Positions 36,660 to 46,519 of a stretch of 64,000 nucleotides of DNA are shown here, in pieces. Source of the DNA: an uncultured candidatus Brocadiaceae bacterium (GTDB taxonomy: Bacteria; Planctomycetota; Brocadiia; SM23-32). The notes beneath the pieces are model-generated. The model was not told where the DNA came from. It made no database searches and saw nothing but the letters and a program-made list of their open reading frames with translations. Both the position numbers and the translations under genes were made by a program. The DNA lies in the NCBI GenBank assembly GCA_964592385.1, contig CAZQEQ010000005.1:586-64585 (forward strand). The letters are read 5' to 3'. Within the stretch, counting starts at the first letter, position 1. Each line of letters begins with the position of its first letter.

Positions 36660-38096
36660 CTAACGGTCTAGGCTCTCCCTCAGCATCCTCCCCGCCAGCT
36701 TCGCGTCGGCCTTGCCGCGGGTCGCCCGCATGACCTGGCCGACCAGGGCGCCGAGGGCCTGCTTCCGGCCGCCCAGGTAGTCCTGGACCGCCTGCGCGTT
36801 CTCCTCGATGACCCGCTCGATGATGGGCGCCAGCTCGTCCTCGTCGCCGATCTGCTCGGCGCCCTCCTCCTCGACCAGCGTCGGCGCGTCCTTGCCCGTA
36901 CCGATCATCTTGCGCATGATCTCGCGCGCGACCGTGGCGTTGATCGTACCCTCGTCGATGAGCCGGACCAGCCCGGCGAGCCGGTCCGGCCCGACCGGGA
37001 ACTCGGCCAGCGTTACGTCCTGCCCCTTCACGTCCGCCAGGACGACGTTCATGATCCAGTTGGCCGTGCTCTCGGGCGCGTCGCGGTGCCGGACGCAGGC
37101 CTCGTAGTAGTCGGCCGTCTCCTTCGAGTCCGTCAGCACCGTCGCGTTGTACTCGCTGAGGCCGTACTGCTCGATGAACCTGCGGCGGCGCCGGGCGGGC
37201 AGCTCGGGCACGGCCGCCCGAACGCGGTCCAGCATCTGGTCCGTGACCTCGACCGGGAGCAGGTCCGGCTCGGGGAAGTAGCGGTAGTCCTGGGCCTCCT
37301 CCTTCGAGCGCATCCGCACCGTCCGCAGCCGGCCCTCATCCCACAGGCGCGTCTCCTGCTGGACGGGTTTGCCCTCCTGGAGGAGCCGGCTCTGCCGCTT
37401 TTCCTCCCATTCCAGGGCGCCGCGGACGGCCTTCATTGAGTTCAGGTTCTTTATCTCGACCCGCGTCCCGAGCCCGTCGCTGCCGGCCGGGCGCATGCTG
37501 ATGCTCGCCTCGAACCTGAGCGATCCCTCCTGCATCTTGCAGTCGGAGACTTCGGCGTAGAGCAGAAGCTGCCGCAGGGTCTGCATGAAGGCGTCGGCCT
37601 CCTCGACGCCGTGCATGTCGGGCGCGGTGACGATCTCCAGCAGGGGCGTGCCGGCCCGGTTCAGGTCCACCAGGCTGTAGTCGGCGCCGGGGCCTTCGGC
37701 GTGGAGGTTCTTGCCGGCGTCCTCCTCCAGGTGGACGTTCAGGATGCCGACGCTCCGCGCCTCGCCCGCGACGATGATCTCCAGGCGGCCGTCCTGGCCC
37801 AGGTTGCAGTAGTTCTGGGATATCTGGTAGTTCTTGGGCAGGTCGGGGTAGTAGTAATTCTTGCGGTCGAAGAACGTCGTGCGGTTGATCTTGCAGTCGA
37901 GGGCGAGGGCGGCGCGCAGGGCCAGCTCGAAGGCATGCACGTTGAGCACGGGCAGCACGCCGGGCATTCCGAGGCATACCGGGCAGGTCTGGCTGTTCGG
38001 CGCCTGGCCGAACCTGGTGCTGCACCGGCACCAGAGCTTGCTCTCGGTCAGCAGCTCCGCGTGCGTCTCCAGCCCGATGACCGGCTCGTAGTCCAT
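36660..38096 (-). CDS. gatB: Asp-tRNA(Asn)/Glu-tRNA(Gln) amidotransferase subunit B
   Basis: ORF trimmed to ATG 38096 (GGAGGG RBS). MDYEPVIGLETHAELLTESKLWC is a classic GatB N-terminus. The C-terminal YqeY-like tail is present. Confidence 0.9.
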   Translation of the reverse strand: MDYEPVIGLETHAELLTESKLWCRCSTRFGQAPNSQTCPVCLGMPGVLPVLNVHAFELALRAALALDCKINRTTFFDRKNYYYPDLPKNYQISQNYCNLGQDGRLEIIVAGEARSVGILNVHLEEDAGKNLHAEGPGADYSLVDLNRAGTPLLEIVTAPDMHGVEEADAFMQTLRQLLLYAEVSDCKMQEGSLRFEASISMRPAGSDGLGTRVEIKNLNSMKAVRGALEWEEKRQSRLLQEGKPVQQETRLWDEGRLRTVRMRSKEEAQDYRYFPEPDLLPVEVTDQMLDRVRAAVPELPARRRRRFIEQYGLSEYNATVLTDSKETADYYEACVRHRDAPESTANWIMNVVLADVKGQDVTLAEFPVGPDRLAGLVRLIDEGTINATVAREIMRKMIGTGKDAPTLVEEEGAEQIGDEDELAPIIERVIEENAQAVQDYLGGRKQALGALVGQVMRATRGKADAKLAGRMLRESLDR

Positions 38097-38162
38097 TTCG
38101 CCCTCCAGGCTATCTTCCGGCAAGCGCGGCCCGCTCAAATGTACCCTCGGGCGCCGGGCGCG

Positions 38163-40031
38163 TCAAACCCGGTTCCCCGTGCCCGCCACCAGGTCGCAGG
38201 CGCCGCACCGGCGGCATCCCGCCGTGCGGCAGTCGGGGGTCAGCTCGCCCCGGAAGGCCCTCGCCCGCTCCTCCAGCAGGAACTCCCTGCTCAGCCCGAA
38301 GTCCACGTGCTCCCAGGGCAGGAACTCGTCCTCGGGCCGCTCGCGCGCCGCGTAGAAGTCCATCGAGAGCCCTTCCTCGTCGAAGCAGCGCTGCCAGCGC
38401 TCGAAGGAGAAGTGCTCCCGCCAGGCGTCGAACTGGCCGCCCTCCCGGTGCACGCGCTCGATGACGCGCCCGACCCGCCGGTCCCCGCGCGCCAGGACGG
38501 CCTCCAGCAGGCTGCACTCGGGCTGAGTGAACTTGTAGCGGACGCTCTTGAGCTTTGCGTTGCCGAGGATGAGTCTCTGCCTGGCGCGCAGCTCCTCGAC
38601 CGGCGCCATCGGCTCCCACTGGAAGGGCGTGTGTGGCTTCGGCACGAATGGCGCGATGGTCACGTTGACGCGCCCCGGCCCGCCGCCCGCCTCCCGGCGC
38701 AGCAGGCTCACCCGCTCGCTCAGCGCGGCTATCCCCGCCACGTCCTCCAGCGTCTCGGTGGGCAGCCCGAGCATGAAGTAGAGCTTAACGGTCCGCCATC
38801 CCTGGCGGTATGCCTCCCGCACGCCCTCTATCAGCTCGGCCTCGTCTATGTCCTTGTTGATGACGTGGCGCAGGCGCGCCGACGCGGCCTCGGGGGCGAT
38901 GGTCAGGCCGCTCTTGCGCACGCGCTGCAAGACCTCGGGCACCAGCGAAAGCTCGTCGCTGACGCGCAGGCTGGACAGCGACAGGTTGATCCCGTGCGGC
39001 TCCGCGAAGCCCGTGATGCTCCCCATCAGGCCCGGGAAGTCCGGGTAGTCGCTGGAGGAGAGCGACATCAGGGCGATCTCGTTCTGCCCGGTGGACCGGT
39101 ATGCCGCCTCTGCCAGTTCCCGCAGCGCTTCGACCGTCCTGGGACGCACGGGCCGGCGCAACATGCCCGCCTGGCAGAAGCGGCATCCGCGCGTGCAGCC
39201 CCGCATGATCTCCAGCGTTATCCGGTCGTGCACCGTCTCCAGGAACGGCACGATCGGCTCGATGGGGGAGCGGGCCGCGTCCAGGTCGCCCACCTTGGAG
39301 GCCCGGACCCTCTCGGGGAGGCCGGTCTCGGTGGGGCGGATCGCCTGCACGGTGCCGTCGTCGCCGTAATCCACGCGATAGTGGGCGGGCGCGTAGACTC
39401 CGGGAAGCTGCCGCGCGGCGCCCAGGATGATCTGTTCGCGGCCCTGCCCGGCGGCCTTCGCCGCGCGCACTAACTCGGCGAACTCCACGATCACTTCCTC
39501 GCCGTCGCCGGGGAAGAACAGGTCTATGAAGTCCGCCATCGGCTCCGGCGAGGCGGCGCCCGGGCCGCCCGCGATGACGACGGGGTCGTCGGGCCGCCGG
39601 TCGGCGCTCCGGATCGGTATCCCCGCCAGCGCCAGCATGGCCAGCGCGTTCGTGTAGAGCAGCTCATACTGCAAGCTGATGCCGACCACGTCGAAGGAGC
39701 GGACCGGCCGGAAGCTCTCCAACGCGTAGAGCGGGATGCCGTGCTCGCGCATCTGCTCCTGCATGTCCGGCCAGGCGGCGTATGCCCGCTCCGCGCAGGC
39801 CCAGTCCAGGCCGTTGATTATCGAATAGAGGACCTGGCAGCCGAGGTGCGACATGCCCACCTCGTAGACGTCCGGGAACAGGAGGGCGAAGGAAATCTCG
39901 ACGTCGGCCGGATCCTTGCGCACGGCGTTCTTCTCGCCGCCGATGTAACGGGCGGGCCTCCGCACGTGGCACAGGATGCGACGCTCCAGCAGGTCGTGGA
40001 TGCGTCGCGGTTCTGTGATCGGTCGGTCCAT
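38163..40031 (-). CDS. B12-binding-domain radical SAM protein (TIGR03960-like)
   Basis: ORF trimmed to ATG 40031 (MDRPITEP...RPARYIGGEKN is the typical family N-terminus). CxxxCxxC cluster in RGCTRGCRFCQAG. The start is less certain because no clear RBS is present. Confidence 0.75.
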   Translation of the reverse strand: MDRPITEPRRIHDLLERRILCHVRRPARYIGGEKNAVRKDPADVEISFALLFPDVYEVGMSHLGCQVLYSIINGLDWACAERAYAAWPDMQEQMREHGIPLYALESFRPVRSFDVVGISLQYELLYTNALAMLALAGIPIRSADRRPDDPVVIAGGPGAASPEPMADFIDLFFPGDGEEVIVEFAELVRAAKAAGQGREQIILGAARQLPGVYAPAHYRVDYGDDGTVQAIRPTETGLPERVRASKVGDLDAARSPIEPIVPFLETVHDRITLEIMRGCTRGCRFCQAGMLRRPVRPRTVEALRELAEAAYRSTGQNEIALMSLSSSDYPDFPGLMGSITGFAEPHGINLSLSSLRVSDELSLVPEVLQRVRKSGLTIAPEAASARLRHVINKDIDEAELIEGVREAYRQGWRTVKLYFMLGLPTETLEDVAGIAALSERVSLLRREAGGGPGRVNVTIAPFVPKPHTPFQWEPMAPVEELRARQRLILGNAKLKSVRYKFTQPECSLLEAVLARGDRRVGRVIERVHREGGQFDAWREHFSFERWQRCFDEEGLSMDFYAARERPEDEFLPWEHVDFGLSREFLLEERARAFRGELTPDCRTAGCRRCGACDLVAGTGNRV

Positions 40032-40251
40032 GTGCAGGGCACCCCGGGGGAGAGTGAGACAGCGAATCATGAGTCTATCACGGGCCTCGCCATGCGTCCA
40101 CCGAACGGCACGGAAGCCTTGCAATGACGGACCTCCGCCCGTAGAATACCGGCGTCCGCCGGGGGGCTTGATTGTCCGTCTTCTCTGCGCGGTTCTCGCG
40201 GCCAGCCGTCCTCTCTGTTCCGGGGGAGCGGCACTCGTTCAGGGGATCAAT

Positions 40252-41388
40252 GTGACGCTTGGGGTTGCATTCGAGACCGAAGAGTGGCGCCGGTTCAGCG
40301 TGCCCCACGTGCTTTGCCTGGTCGGCGAGCACCAGTACCTGCTCGACACCGGTTCCATTTCCGTGGCCGTCGACCTTCGACTGAGCGTCGAGGTCCGCGA
40401 CGCTGAAGGGCAGTTCTCCGTGTCGTTCGATGGAGCCGGTTCGGGCCCAGAGGTTCAGGAGCTTGCGGAGAGGTGGGCGGCGGTCCTTGGCGAGCTGACC
40501 GTGCCGGAGCCGTCCGTTCTCGGGGGCCGGGCGGTGCGCCTCTGTTTTGACGAGCGGCTCTCCGCCTGCCCGCCGGGGGTATTGCTCACTTCGCCGGCGG
40601 TCGCCGCTGCGCTGACGGTGGCCGTCCTGAGCCAGACGGGCGCGCTGGCGGGGCTGGCGAATGCGGAAGTGGCGGACCTCGCCTGCCGGGTCCTGCAGGC
40701 CGTCCGGGCTTCCAATGAGGACCCGGGCCGGTTCTATTCCTCGGTCCTGCTGTGCCTGGGTGGCGGCGCCGCCTACGTGGAGCCGGGGGAAGAGCCGATG
40801 AACGTGCAGCCGCTCCTGCCGCCGGACTCGCTCCTGGTGGCGCTGCTGCCCGGGGCGCAGGCGAGCACTCGGGGCTCGGACTGCGACCGGGAAGTGCGGC
40901 AGGCGCTCAGCTCAGCGCTCCGGGAAAAGGAGAACATCCTCGAAGGCGACGACGCCGGCCTCACCGCCCTGTTCGAGCTTGGCCCGGACGTCGTGGAGGA
41001 GGGCCAGGTCACGATGCTCTACGGCCTGATGCGCGTGCGGCAGATGCTCGACGCTTTGCTCGAGTACCTCGGCGAGCCGCTCGCGGACAACGATCTGCTG
41101 GCGGAGACGTGTGACGAGGAGAGCGCCATCCTGGCGGACTACTTCGGCTTCCCGGCCGAGCCGTACCGGGCCCTCCGGACGCGGGCGGCCGAAGCGGGGG
41201 CGCTGGGCTCGAAGCTGACGTGGCTGCTCGGCGGCTACCCCGCGAGCATAATCTTCGCGCCCGGCCGCCGCGACGAGGTCTGCGCGGCGTTGGCAAAGCA
41301 CTTCCCGGACGCCGCACTGACAGCGGCCGACGTGGATCCGGCCGGCCTGCGCTGGGAAGGCGGCGAGGAGGACCCCGCGCCGCTGTAG
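40252..41388 (+). CDS. GHMP-kinase-like protein with degenerate ATP-binding motif
   Basis: PHVLCLVGEHQYL resembles GHMP motif I (..LIGEH.DY). PPGVLLTSPAVAAALTVAVL sits where PxGSGLGSSAA is expected. C-terminal GGYPASIIFAP is present. The start is uncertain (GTG 40252 chosen, TTG 40168 possible). The track's longer N-terminus overlaps the divergent radical SAM gene. Confidence 0.5.
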   Translation: MTLGVAFETEEWRRFSVPHVLCLVGEHQYLLDTGSISVAVDLRLSVEVRDAEGQFSVSFDGAGSGPEVQELAERWAAVLGELTVPEPSVLGGRAVRLCFDERLSACPPGVLLTSPAVAAALTVAVLSQTGALAGLANAEVADLACRVLQAVRASNEDPGRFYSSVLLCLGGGAAYVEPGEEPMNVQPLLPPDSLLVALLPGAQASTRGSDCDREVRQALSSALREKENILEGDDAGLTALFELGPDVVEEGQVTMLYGLMRVRQMLDALLEYLGEPLADNDLLAETCDEESAILADYFGFPAEPYRALRTRAAEAGALGSKLTWLLGGYPASIIFAPGRRDEVCAALAKHFPDAALTAADVDPAGLRWEGGEEDPAPL

Positions 41389-41525
41389 ACTGCCTGTCCG
41401 CCGCCGCGATGCGTTCGCGCGCCCCCGCATGACACCTTACGCCATTTGCATCGGGCCATTGCAGAGAAACGAGCGTGGCGTAACATGGGGCGCCGGGCAT
41501 GGCACACTCTTGCAGGGAGCGGAAA

Positions 41526-42326
41526 ATGGCACAGCGACGGATCGGGCTGAACCTGGTGACGCTCAGGAACGGGCGGGATGCGGACCTGGTGACGGAGACC
41601 CTGGATCGGGTCCGCCGGGCGGGCTTCCACGCCGTGGGGCCCTGGGCGGAGACGCTTCAGGGGTGGCGCGAGTCCGGCCGCTCCATGGCGGACCTGGCGC
41701 GCGAGATCGAGGGGCGCGGGCTGAAGGCGGACGAGATCTGCGCCGCAGGCGTCCTGGAGCCGGATGGCGCCGTTGCCAGGCCCCGGGAGCTGTTCGAGTG
41801 GGCCGCCGAGCTGGGCGTGCCGGCCGTCATCAGCATCTATGGCCAGCCGTCGAATCCCCTGGACAAGGTCCGGGACGACTGGGCGGAGTTCGTGCGCGGC
41901 GTCGAGGACATCGGCGTATCGCCCGCCTTCGAGTTCATCGGCCCGTGGCCGCAGTACAACTCTCCCTTGCAGGCGTGGGAGGTGATCCGCACCGGCCCGG
42001 CGCTCGGCAAGATGGTGTTCGACACGTTCCATTTCTGGCGCGGCGGCTGCGACCTGACGGAGATTGGCAGGTTCCCGGGCGAACGCGTCGCGCTCGTCCA
42101 CCTGAACGACGTCAAGGACGTGCCGAGGGAGACGGCCAGGGATACGGACCGAACGTATCCCGGAGAGGGCGTTATCCCGCTCGGCGAGACCCTGTCGGGC
42201 CTGATCGAGAGCGGCTTCGCCGGCCCGTTCTCGGTGGAGATCTTCGGGGAGGTCCAGGGGCAGGACCCGGACGAGGTCGCGGCGCGCGCCTTCGAGGCGG
42301 CCGACCGCGTCGTTCGGGCGCTCTGA
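41526..42326 (+). CDS. sugar phosphate isomerase/epimerase (xylose isomerase-like TIM barrel)
   Basis: Trimmed to ATG 41526 (GGGAG RBS). FDTFHFWRGG, VHLNDV and FSVEIF motifs. Confidence 0.7.
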   Translation: MAQRRIGLNLVTLRNGRDADLVTETLDRVRRAGFHAVGPWAETLQGWRESGRSMADLAREIEGRGLKADEICAAGVLEPDGAVARPRELFEWAAELGVPAVISIYGQPSNPLDKVRDDWAEFVRGVEDIGVSPAFEFIGPWPQYNSPLQAWEVIRTGPALGKMVFDTFHFWRGGCDLTEIGRFPGERVALVHLNDVKDVPRETARDTDRTYPGEGVIPLGETLSGLIESGFAGPFSVEIFGEVQGQDPDEVAARAFEAADRVVRAL

Positions 42327-42355
42327 GCAGTTTCGGCAAGGTTCGGTGAGGTGAC

Positions 42356-44326
42356 ATGAAACGGAATGAGACGGGTCGGGACGATGTCGCGCTGATCCCG
42401 CGGGAAGTGCTCTTCGGCAATCCGGACCGCGCGCAGGTCAGCCTCAGCCATGACGGCCGCTGGCTGGCCTTCCTGGCACCGGCGGAGGGGGTCCTGAACG
42501 TGTGGGTGGCGCCGCTGGAGGCGCACGGCGAGGCACGCCCCGTCACGGCGGACAGGGGGCGCGGCATTCGCTCCTACACATGGGCCCACACCAACGAGCA
42601 CGTCCTCTACATCCAGGACAGGGACGGCGATGAGAACTGGCACGTCCACGCCACGGAGATCGAGAGCAGCAGGACGCGGGACCTGACGCCGTTCGAGGGC
42701 GTCCAGGCCCGCATCCAGCACGTCAGCCCGTACCGTCCCGATGAGATACTCGTGGCACTGAACAACCGCGATCCGAAGTTCCACGACGTGCATCGCGTCG
42801 ACATCCGCAGCGGTGCCGTGGAACCCGTGCAGGAGAACCCCGGCTTCGCCGGCTTCATCACTGACGATAACTACGCCGTCCGGTTCGCTGAGCGCATTAC
42901 CCCGGATGGCGGCGCCGAGACGCTCAGGCCGGCGGCGGACGGGGGGTGGGAGCCCTTTGTCCGCGTGTCCCTGGAGGACGCCTTGACCACGGGACATGCG
43001 GGATTCGATAAGAACGGACGGGTCGCCTACTGGCGCGACAGCCGGGGGCGGGACACGGCGGCACTGGTGGAGATGAACTTGGAGACGGGCGAGGGGACGG
43101 TGCTGGCCCATGACCCACGCGTGGACGTGGGCGGCGTCGTGCGGCACCCCACGGAGAAGCATCCCCAGGCGGTGGCCTTCACTTACGACCGGCAGCGCTG
43201 GGAGGTGCTCGACCCGGCGGTGCAGGGGGATTTCGAGCGCCTGGCACGCGTGGCCGACGGCGATTTCTGGCCCTCCAGCCGTACGCTTGATGACTGCCAC
43301 TGGATCGTGACGTACTCGGCCGATGACGGCCCCGCACGCTTCTACCACTACGACCGCGAGGCGGGGGAAGTCCGGTTCCTTTTCAACAGTCGTGACGACC
43401 TGGCGGGCCTGCCGCTGGCGCCGATGCGGGCGGATGTCGTGCGCTCGCGCGACGGGCTCGACCTGCTCTGCTACGCCACGCTGCCGGTCCGGGCCAATCC
43501 CGACGGCCGGGGCCGTCCGGGCGCGCCCCTGCCGACGGTGCTCGTGGTGCACGGCGGCCCGTGGGGGCGGGACGGGTGGGGCTTCAATAGCAACCGCCAG
43601 TGGCTCGCCAACCGGGGCTACGCCGTGCTCAGCGTGAACTTCCGCGGCTCGACCGGCTTCGGCAAGGCATTCGTCAACGCCGGCAACATGGAATGGGCCG
43701 CCAAGATGCACGATGACCTGATCGACGCAGTCGAATGGGCTGTGGCTGAAGGCATCGCCGATCCGGAGCGCGTCGCCATCATGGGCGGCAGCTACGGCGG
43801 CTACGCCACGCTGGTCGGGCTAACGTTCACACCCGAGCAGTTCGCCTGTGGCGTGGACATCGTGGGCCCATCCAACCTGCTCACGCTCCTGGAGACCGTT
43901 CCCCCTTACTGGACGCCCATGATCGAGATGTTAACCCGGCGCGTCGGGGACCACAGGACGGAAGAGGGCCGCGAGCTGCTCCAGGAGCGTTCGCCGCTGA
44001 ACCTAGCCGACCGGATCTGCCGGCCGCTTCTGATCGGGCAGGGGGCCAACGACCCGCGCGTCAAGCAGGCCGAATCCGACCAGATCGTCCAGGCCATGCA
44101 GGATAACGACATTCCCGTCACCTACGTGCTCTATCCCGACGAGGGCCACGGCTTCGCGCGGCCGGAGAACCGCATGTCCTTCAAGGCCGTGGCCGAGGCG
44201 TTCCTGGCCGAGCACCTGGGCGGCCGCTGTGAGCCGGTCGGTGACGACTTCGAGGGCTCGTCTCTCACCGTGCCCGTCGGCGCCGAGCAAGTGACCGGAC
44301 TCCAGGAAGCGCGGGGCCAGGGTTGA
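42356..44326 (+). CDS. S9 family serine peptidase (prolyl oligopeptidase/dipeptidyl aminopeptidase-like)
   Basis: N-terminal beta-propeller region. Catalytic GGSYGGY, DPRV and YPDEGHGF triad motifs. No signal peptide. Confidence 0.85.
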   Translation: MKRNETGRDDVALIPREVLFGNPDRAQVSLSHDGRWLAFLAPAEGVLNVWVAPLEAHGEARPVTADRGRGIRSYTWAHTNEHVLYIQDRDGDENWHVHATEIESSRTRDLTPFEGVQARIQHVSPYRPDEILVALNNRDPKFHDVHRVDIRSGAVEPVQENPGFAGFITDDNYAVRFAERITPDGGAETLRPAADGGWEPFVRVSLEDALTTGHAGFDKNGRVAYWRDSRGRDTAALVEMNLETGEGTVLAHDPRVDVGGVVRHPTEKHPQAVAFTYDRQRWEVLDPAVQGDFERLARVADGDFWPSSRTLDDCHWIVTYSADDGPARFYHYDREAGEVRFLFNSRDDLAGLPLAPMRADVVRSRDGLDLLCYATLPVRANPDGRGRPGAPLPTVLVVHGGPWGRDGWGFNSNRQWLANRGYAVLSVNFRGSTGFGKAFVNAGNMEWAAKMHDDLIDAVEWAVAEGIADPERVAIMGGSYGGYATLVGLTFTPEQFACGVDIVGPSNLLTLLETVPPYWTPMIEMLTRRVGDHRTEEGRELLQERSPLNLADRICRPLLIGQGANDPRVKQAESDQIVQAMQDNDIPVTYVLYPDEGHGFARPENRMSFKAVAEAFLAEHLGGRCEPVGDDFEGSSLTVPVGAEQVTGLQEARGQG

Positions 44327-44345
44327 CGTTGAACTGGAGGTGAAG

Positions 44346-46505
44346 ATGCGAATCGTCATGACGGCGTGGGTTGCCTTGCTGCTCGGGGCGGCGGCTGCCG
44401 ACGGCGCCGCACTGGAGGTCGCGCACTCCCAGAACACGGAGGCCGTGCCCCTGTTCGACGTCTTCGAGATCACCTTCAACCACGGCGGCGCGTACGCCAA
44501 CCCGTTCTTCGACGTGACGGTCGACGTGACCTTCACCTCACCCGGCGGCAGGGCGGTGCGCGTCGGCGGCTTCCACTACGGCTCGACCGAGAAGCCGGAG
44601 ATCCGCGTGAGCGAGCGGCGCCCCGACGGATCCCCCGGCGCGGTCGAGTACGTCTTTGAGAAGGCGGACACGTGGAAGGCGCGCTTCGCACCGTCGGAAC
44701 TCGGCACGTGGCGATACGCCTACGTCTTCGCAAACGCTGCCGGGGACGCGGCGACCGGCGGGGGCGGCTTCGAGTGCGTGCGCGGGCGGCGCGTCGCCCA
44801 CGGCTTCGTCCGGCGCCACCCGTCCAACCCCTTCCGGTTGGTCTACGACGACGGGACGCCGTACTTCCCCATCGGGGTGCAGGACTGCTGGGGCGACGGT
44901 TCCGGCAACGGCTCCGTGCTGGCGGCCTGCTCGATGGAAGGGCCGTTCCGGACGGACCGGCAGGGACGGCCGGACCTGCCGCCCGGGCCGATGTTCCAGC
45001 CCGGCCCGTCCAACAACCCCCAGAACGGCGACCTTTACCTGCGCCAGTTCGGCCGGTGCGGGTTCAACCTCTACCGCTTCTCGCAGAAGAACTGCTCCTA
45101 CGTGCAGTACCGTGACCTGGACCATTACCTGGTCCAGGAAGGCGTCATGACGGACGAGCTGCTCGCGTGCGCCCGCAAGTACGGCTTCGCCATCTTCTAC
45201 GGCATCTTCGGATACCAGAAGGTCTTCAACGACGAGCCGGACAACGCGGAGGGCATGGCGAAGGTCAAGCGCTTCATCAAGTACAGCGTGGACCGCTGGG
45301 GCGCGTACGTGGACTTCTGGGAGTTCCTCAACGAGCAGAAGGCGGCCGACGGCTGGTACGCGATCATGATTCCTTACCTGCAATCCATCGACCCCTACCG
45401 TCACCCGATCACGACAAGCTGGGAGCGGCCGGAGCTTGCGGGCATTGACGTGAACGCGCCCCACTGGTACGGCAGGGAGAACGAGCTGGCCTCCGACGCG
45501 GCGGTCGTCTCGCGGGCGCGGGGCTGGAAGAAGCACGGCAAGCCCGTCATCGTCGGGGAGCAGGGCAACAGCGTCAGCCGCAGCGGCCCGCGCCCGCCGG
45601 GCGTCGGGGGCGTCTGGGACGACCGCTCCGCGCTGCGCATGCGCATCCGCAACTGGACGGCGCTGTTCAGCGAGGTGGCCGTCATCTTCTGGAACACCAG
45701 CTACGCCAAGGACGGCCACTTCATGAACATCTGGCTCGGCCCGAAGGAGCGGGAATACGTGCGCGCCATGCAGGGCTTCGCTTATTCGCTGGACGCCGAC
45801 GTGCGGATCGTGCCCGTCTCGCTGCCCGAGGGATCGGGCGTGCGGGCTTACGGGCTGGCCTCCAGGGCGCGCGCCGGCGTCTACCTGCACCACTTCGAGA
45901 ACCACGACAGGCCCGTCCAGGGGCTTGACGTGACCCTGGACGTGCCGATGGCGGCGAAGGGCTACTGGTACTCGCCCGAGAGCGCGGCCATCCTGGGGCC
46001 CTTCGACGTGCGCCCCGGCCGGGGGACGTTCCGCGCGCCGGCCTTCACGGTTGACCTGGCGCTTCTCATAACCCCTGGCAGCCCGCCCGACATCGACGGT
46101 GACGGCCTGGCGAACGACGCCGACCCGGACGACGACAACGACGGCGTGCCCGACGCAAAGGACGCCTTCCCCCTGGACCCCGAGGAATGGGCCGACGCCG
46201 ACCGCGACCTTATCGGCGACAACATGGACGCCGACGACGACGGCAACGGGGCCGGCGACGACCTGAACCGCAACGGCATCCCCGACCACGAAGAGCTGGA
46301 CCTGGACGGCGACGGCGTGGACCGGGCGAACAGCGTCCCCTGGGACGCCTTCCCCGTCGATCCCAAGGAATGGCGGGACACCGACGGCGACGGCGTCGGC
46401 GACAACGCCGACGCGGACGACGACGGCGACGGCTGGACCGACGACGAGGAGGCGAGGGCCGGAACCGACCCGCTGGACAGGCTCAGCTTCCCGGCGGGCC
46501 CCTGA
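44346..46505 (+). CDS. secreted DUF5060 / GH5-like hydrolase with C-terminal thrombospondin type-3-like Ca-binding repeats
   Basis: Start moved to ATG 44346 (GGAGG 5 nt upstream). Signal peptide. DVFEITFNHGGAYANPFFDV...GGFHYG (DUF5060-like). WEFLNEQ is a candidate acid/base Glu. The C-terminal ~140 aa carry DxDxDGxxDxxD repeats. Confidence 0.65.
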   Translation: MRIVMTAWVALLLGAAAADGAALEVAHSQNTEAVPLFDVFEITFNHGGAYANPFFDVTVDVTFTSPGGRAVRVGGFHYGSTEKPEIRVSERRPDGSPGAVEYVFEKADTWKARFAPSELGTWRYAYVFANAAGDAATGGGGFECVRGRRVAHGFVRRHPSNPFRLVYDDGTPYFPIGVQDCWGDGSGNGSVLAACSMEGPFRTDRQGRPDLPPGPMFQPGPSNNPQNGDLYLRQFGRCGFNLYRFSQKNCSYVQYRDLDHYLVQEGVMTDELLACARKYGFAIFYGIFGYQKVFNDEPDNAEGMAKVKRFIKYSVDRWGAYVDFWEFLNEQKAADGWYAIMIPYLQSIDPYRHPITTSWERPELAGIDVNAPHWYGRENELASDAAVVSRARGWKKHGKPVIVGEQGNSVSRSGPRPPGVGGVWDDRSALRMRIRNWTALFSEVAVIFWNTSYAKDGHFMNIWLGPKEREYVRAMQGFAYSLDADVRIVPVSLPEGSGVRAYGLASRARAGVYLHHFENHDRPVQGLDVTLDVPMAAKGYWYSPESAAILGPFDVRPGRGTFRAPAFTVDLALLITPGSPPDIDGDGLANDADPDDDNDGVPDAKDAFPLDPEEWADADRDLIGDNMDADDDGNGAGDDLNRNGIPDHEELDLDGDGVDRANSVPWDAFPVDPKEWRDTDGDGVGDNADADDDGDGWTDDEEARAGTDPLDRLSFPAGP
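46081..46480 (+). repeat. coding repeats: thrombospondin type-3-like Asp-rich calcium-binding motifs
   Basis: DIDGDGLANDADPDDDNDGVPDAKD..., DTDGDGVGDNADADDDGDGWTDDEE. This is protein-level periodicity inside CDS 44346..46505. Confidence 0.7.
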
Positions 46506-46519
46506 CGGAGGTGCGTGAG

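Noticed and set aside
46081-46480. Periodic GAC/GGC-rich DNA that could be mistaken for a tandem repeat or CRISPR-like array
   Set aside because: It lies inside a continuous reading frame and encodes Asp-rich thrombospondin type-3-like calcium-binding repeats. The units are imperfect and have no spacers. I saw no CRISPR array anywhere in the window.
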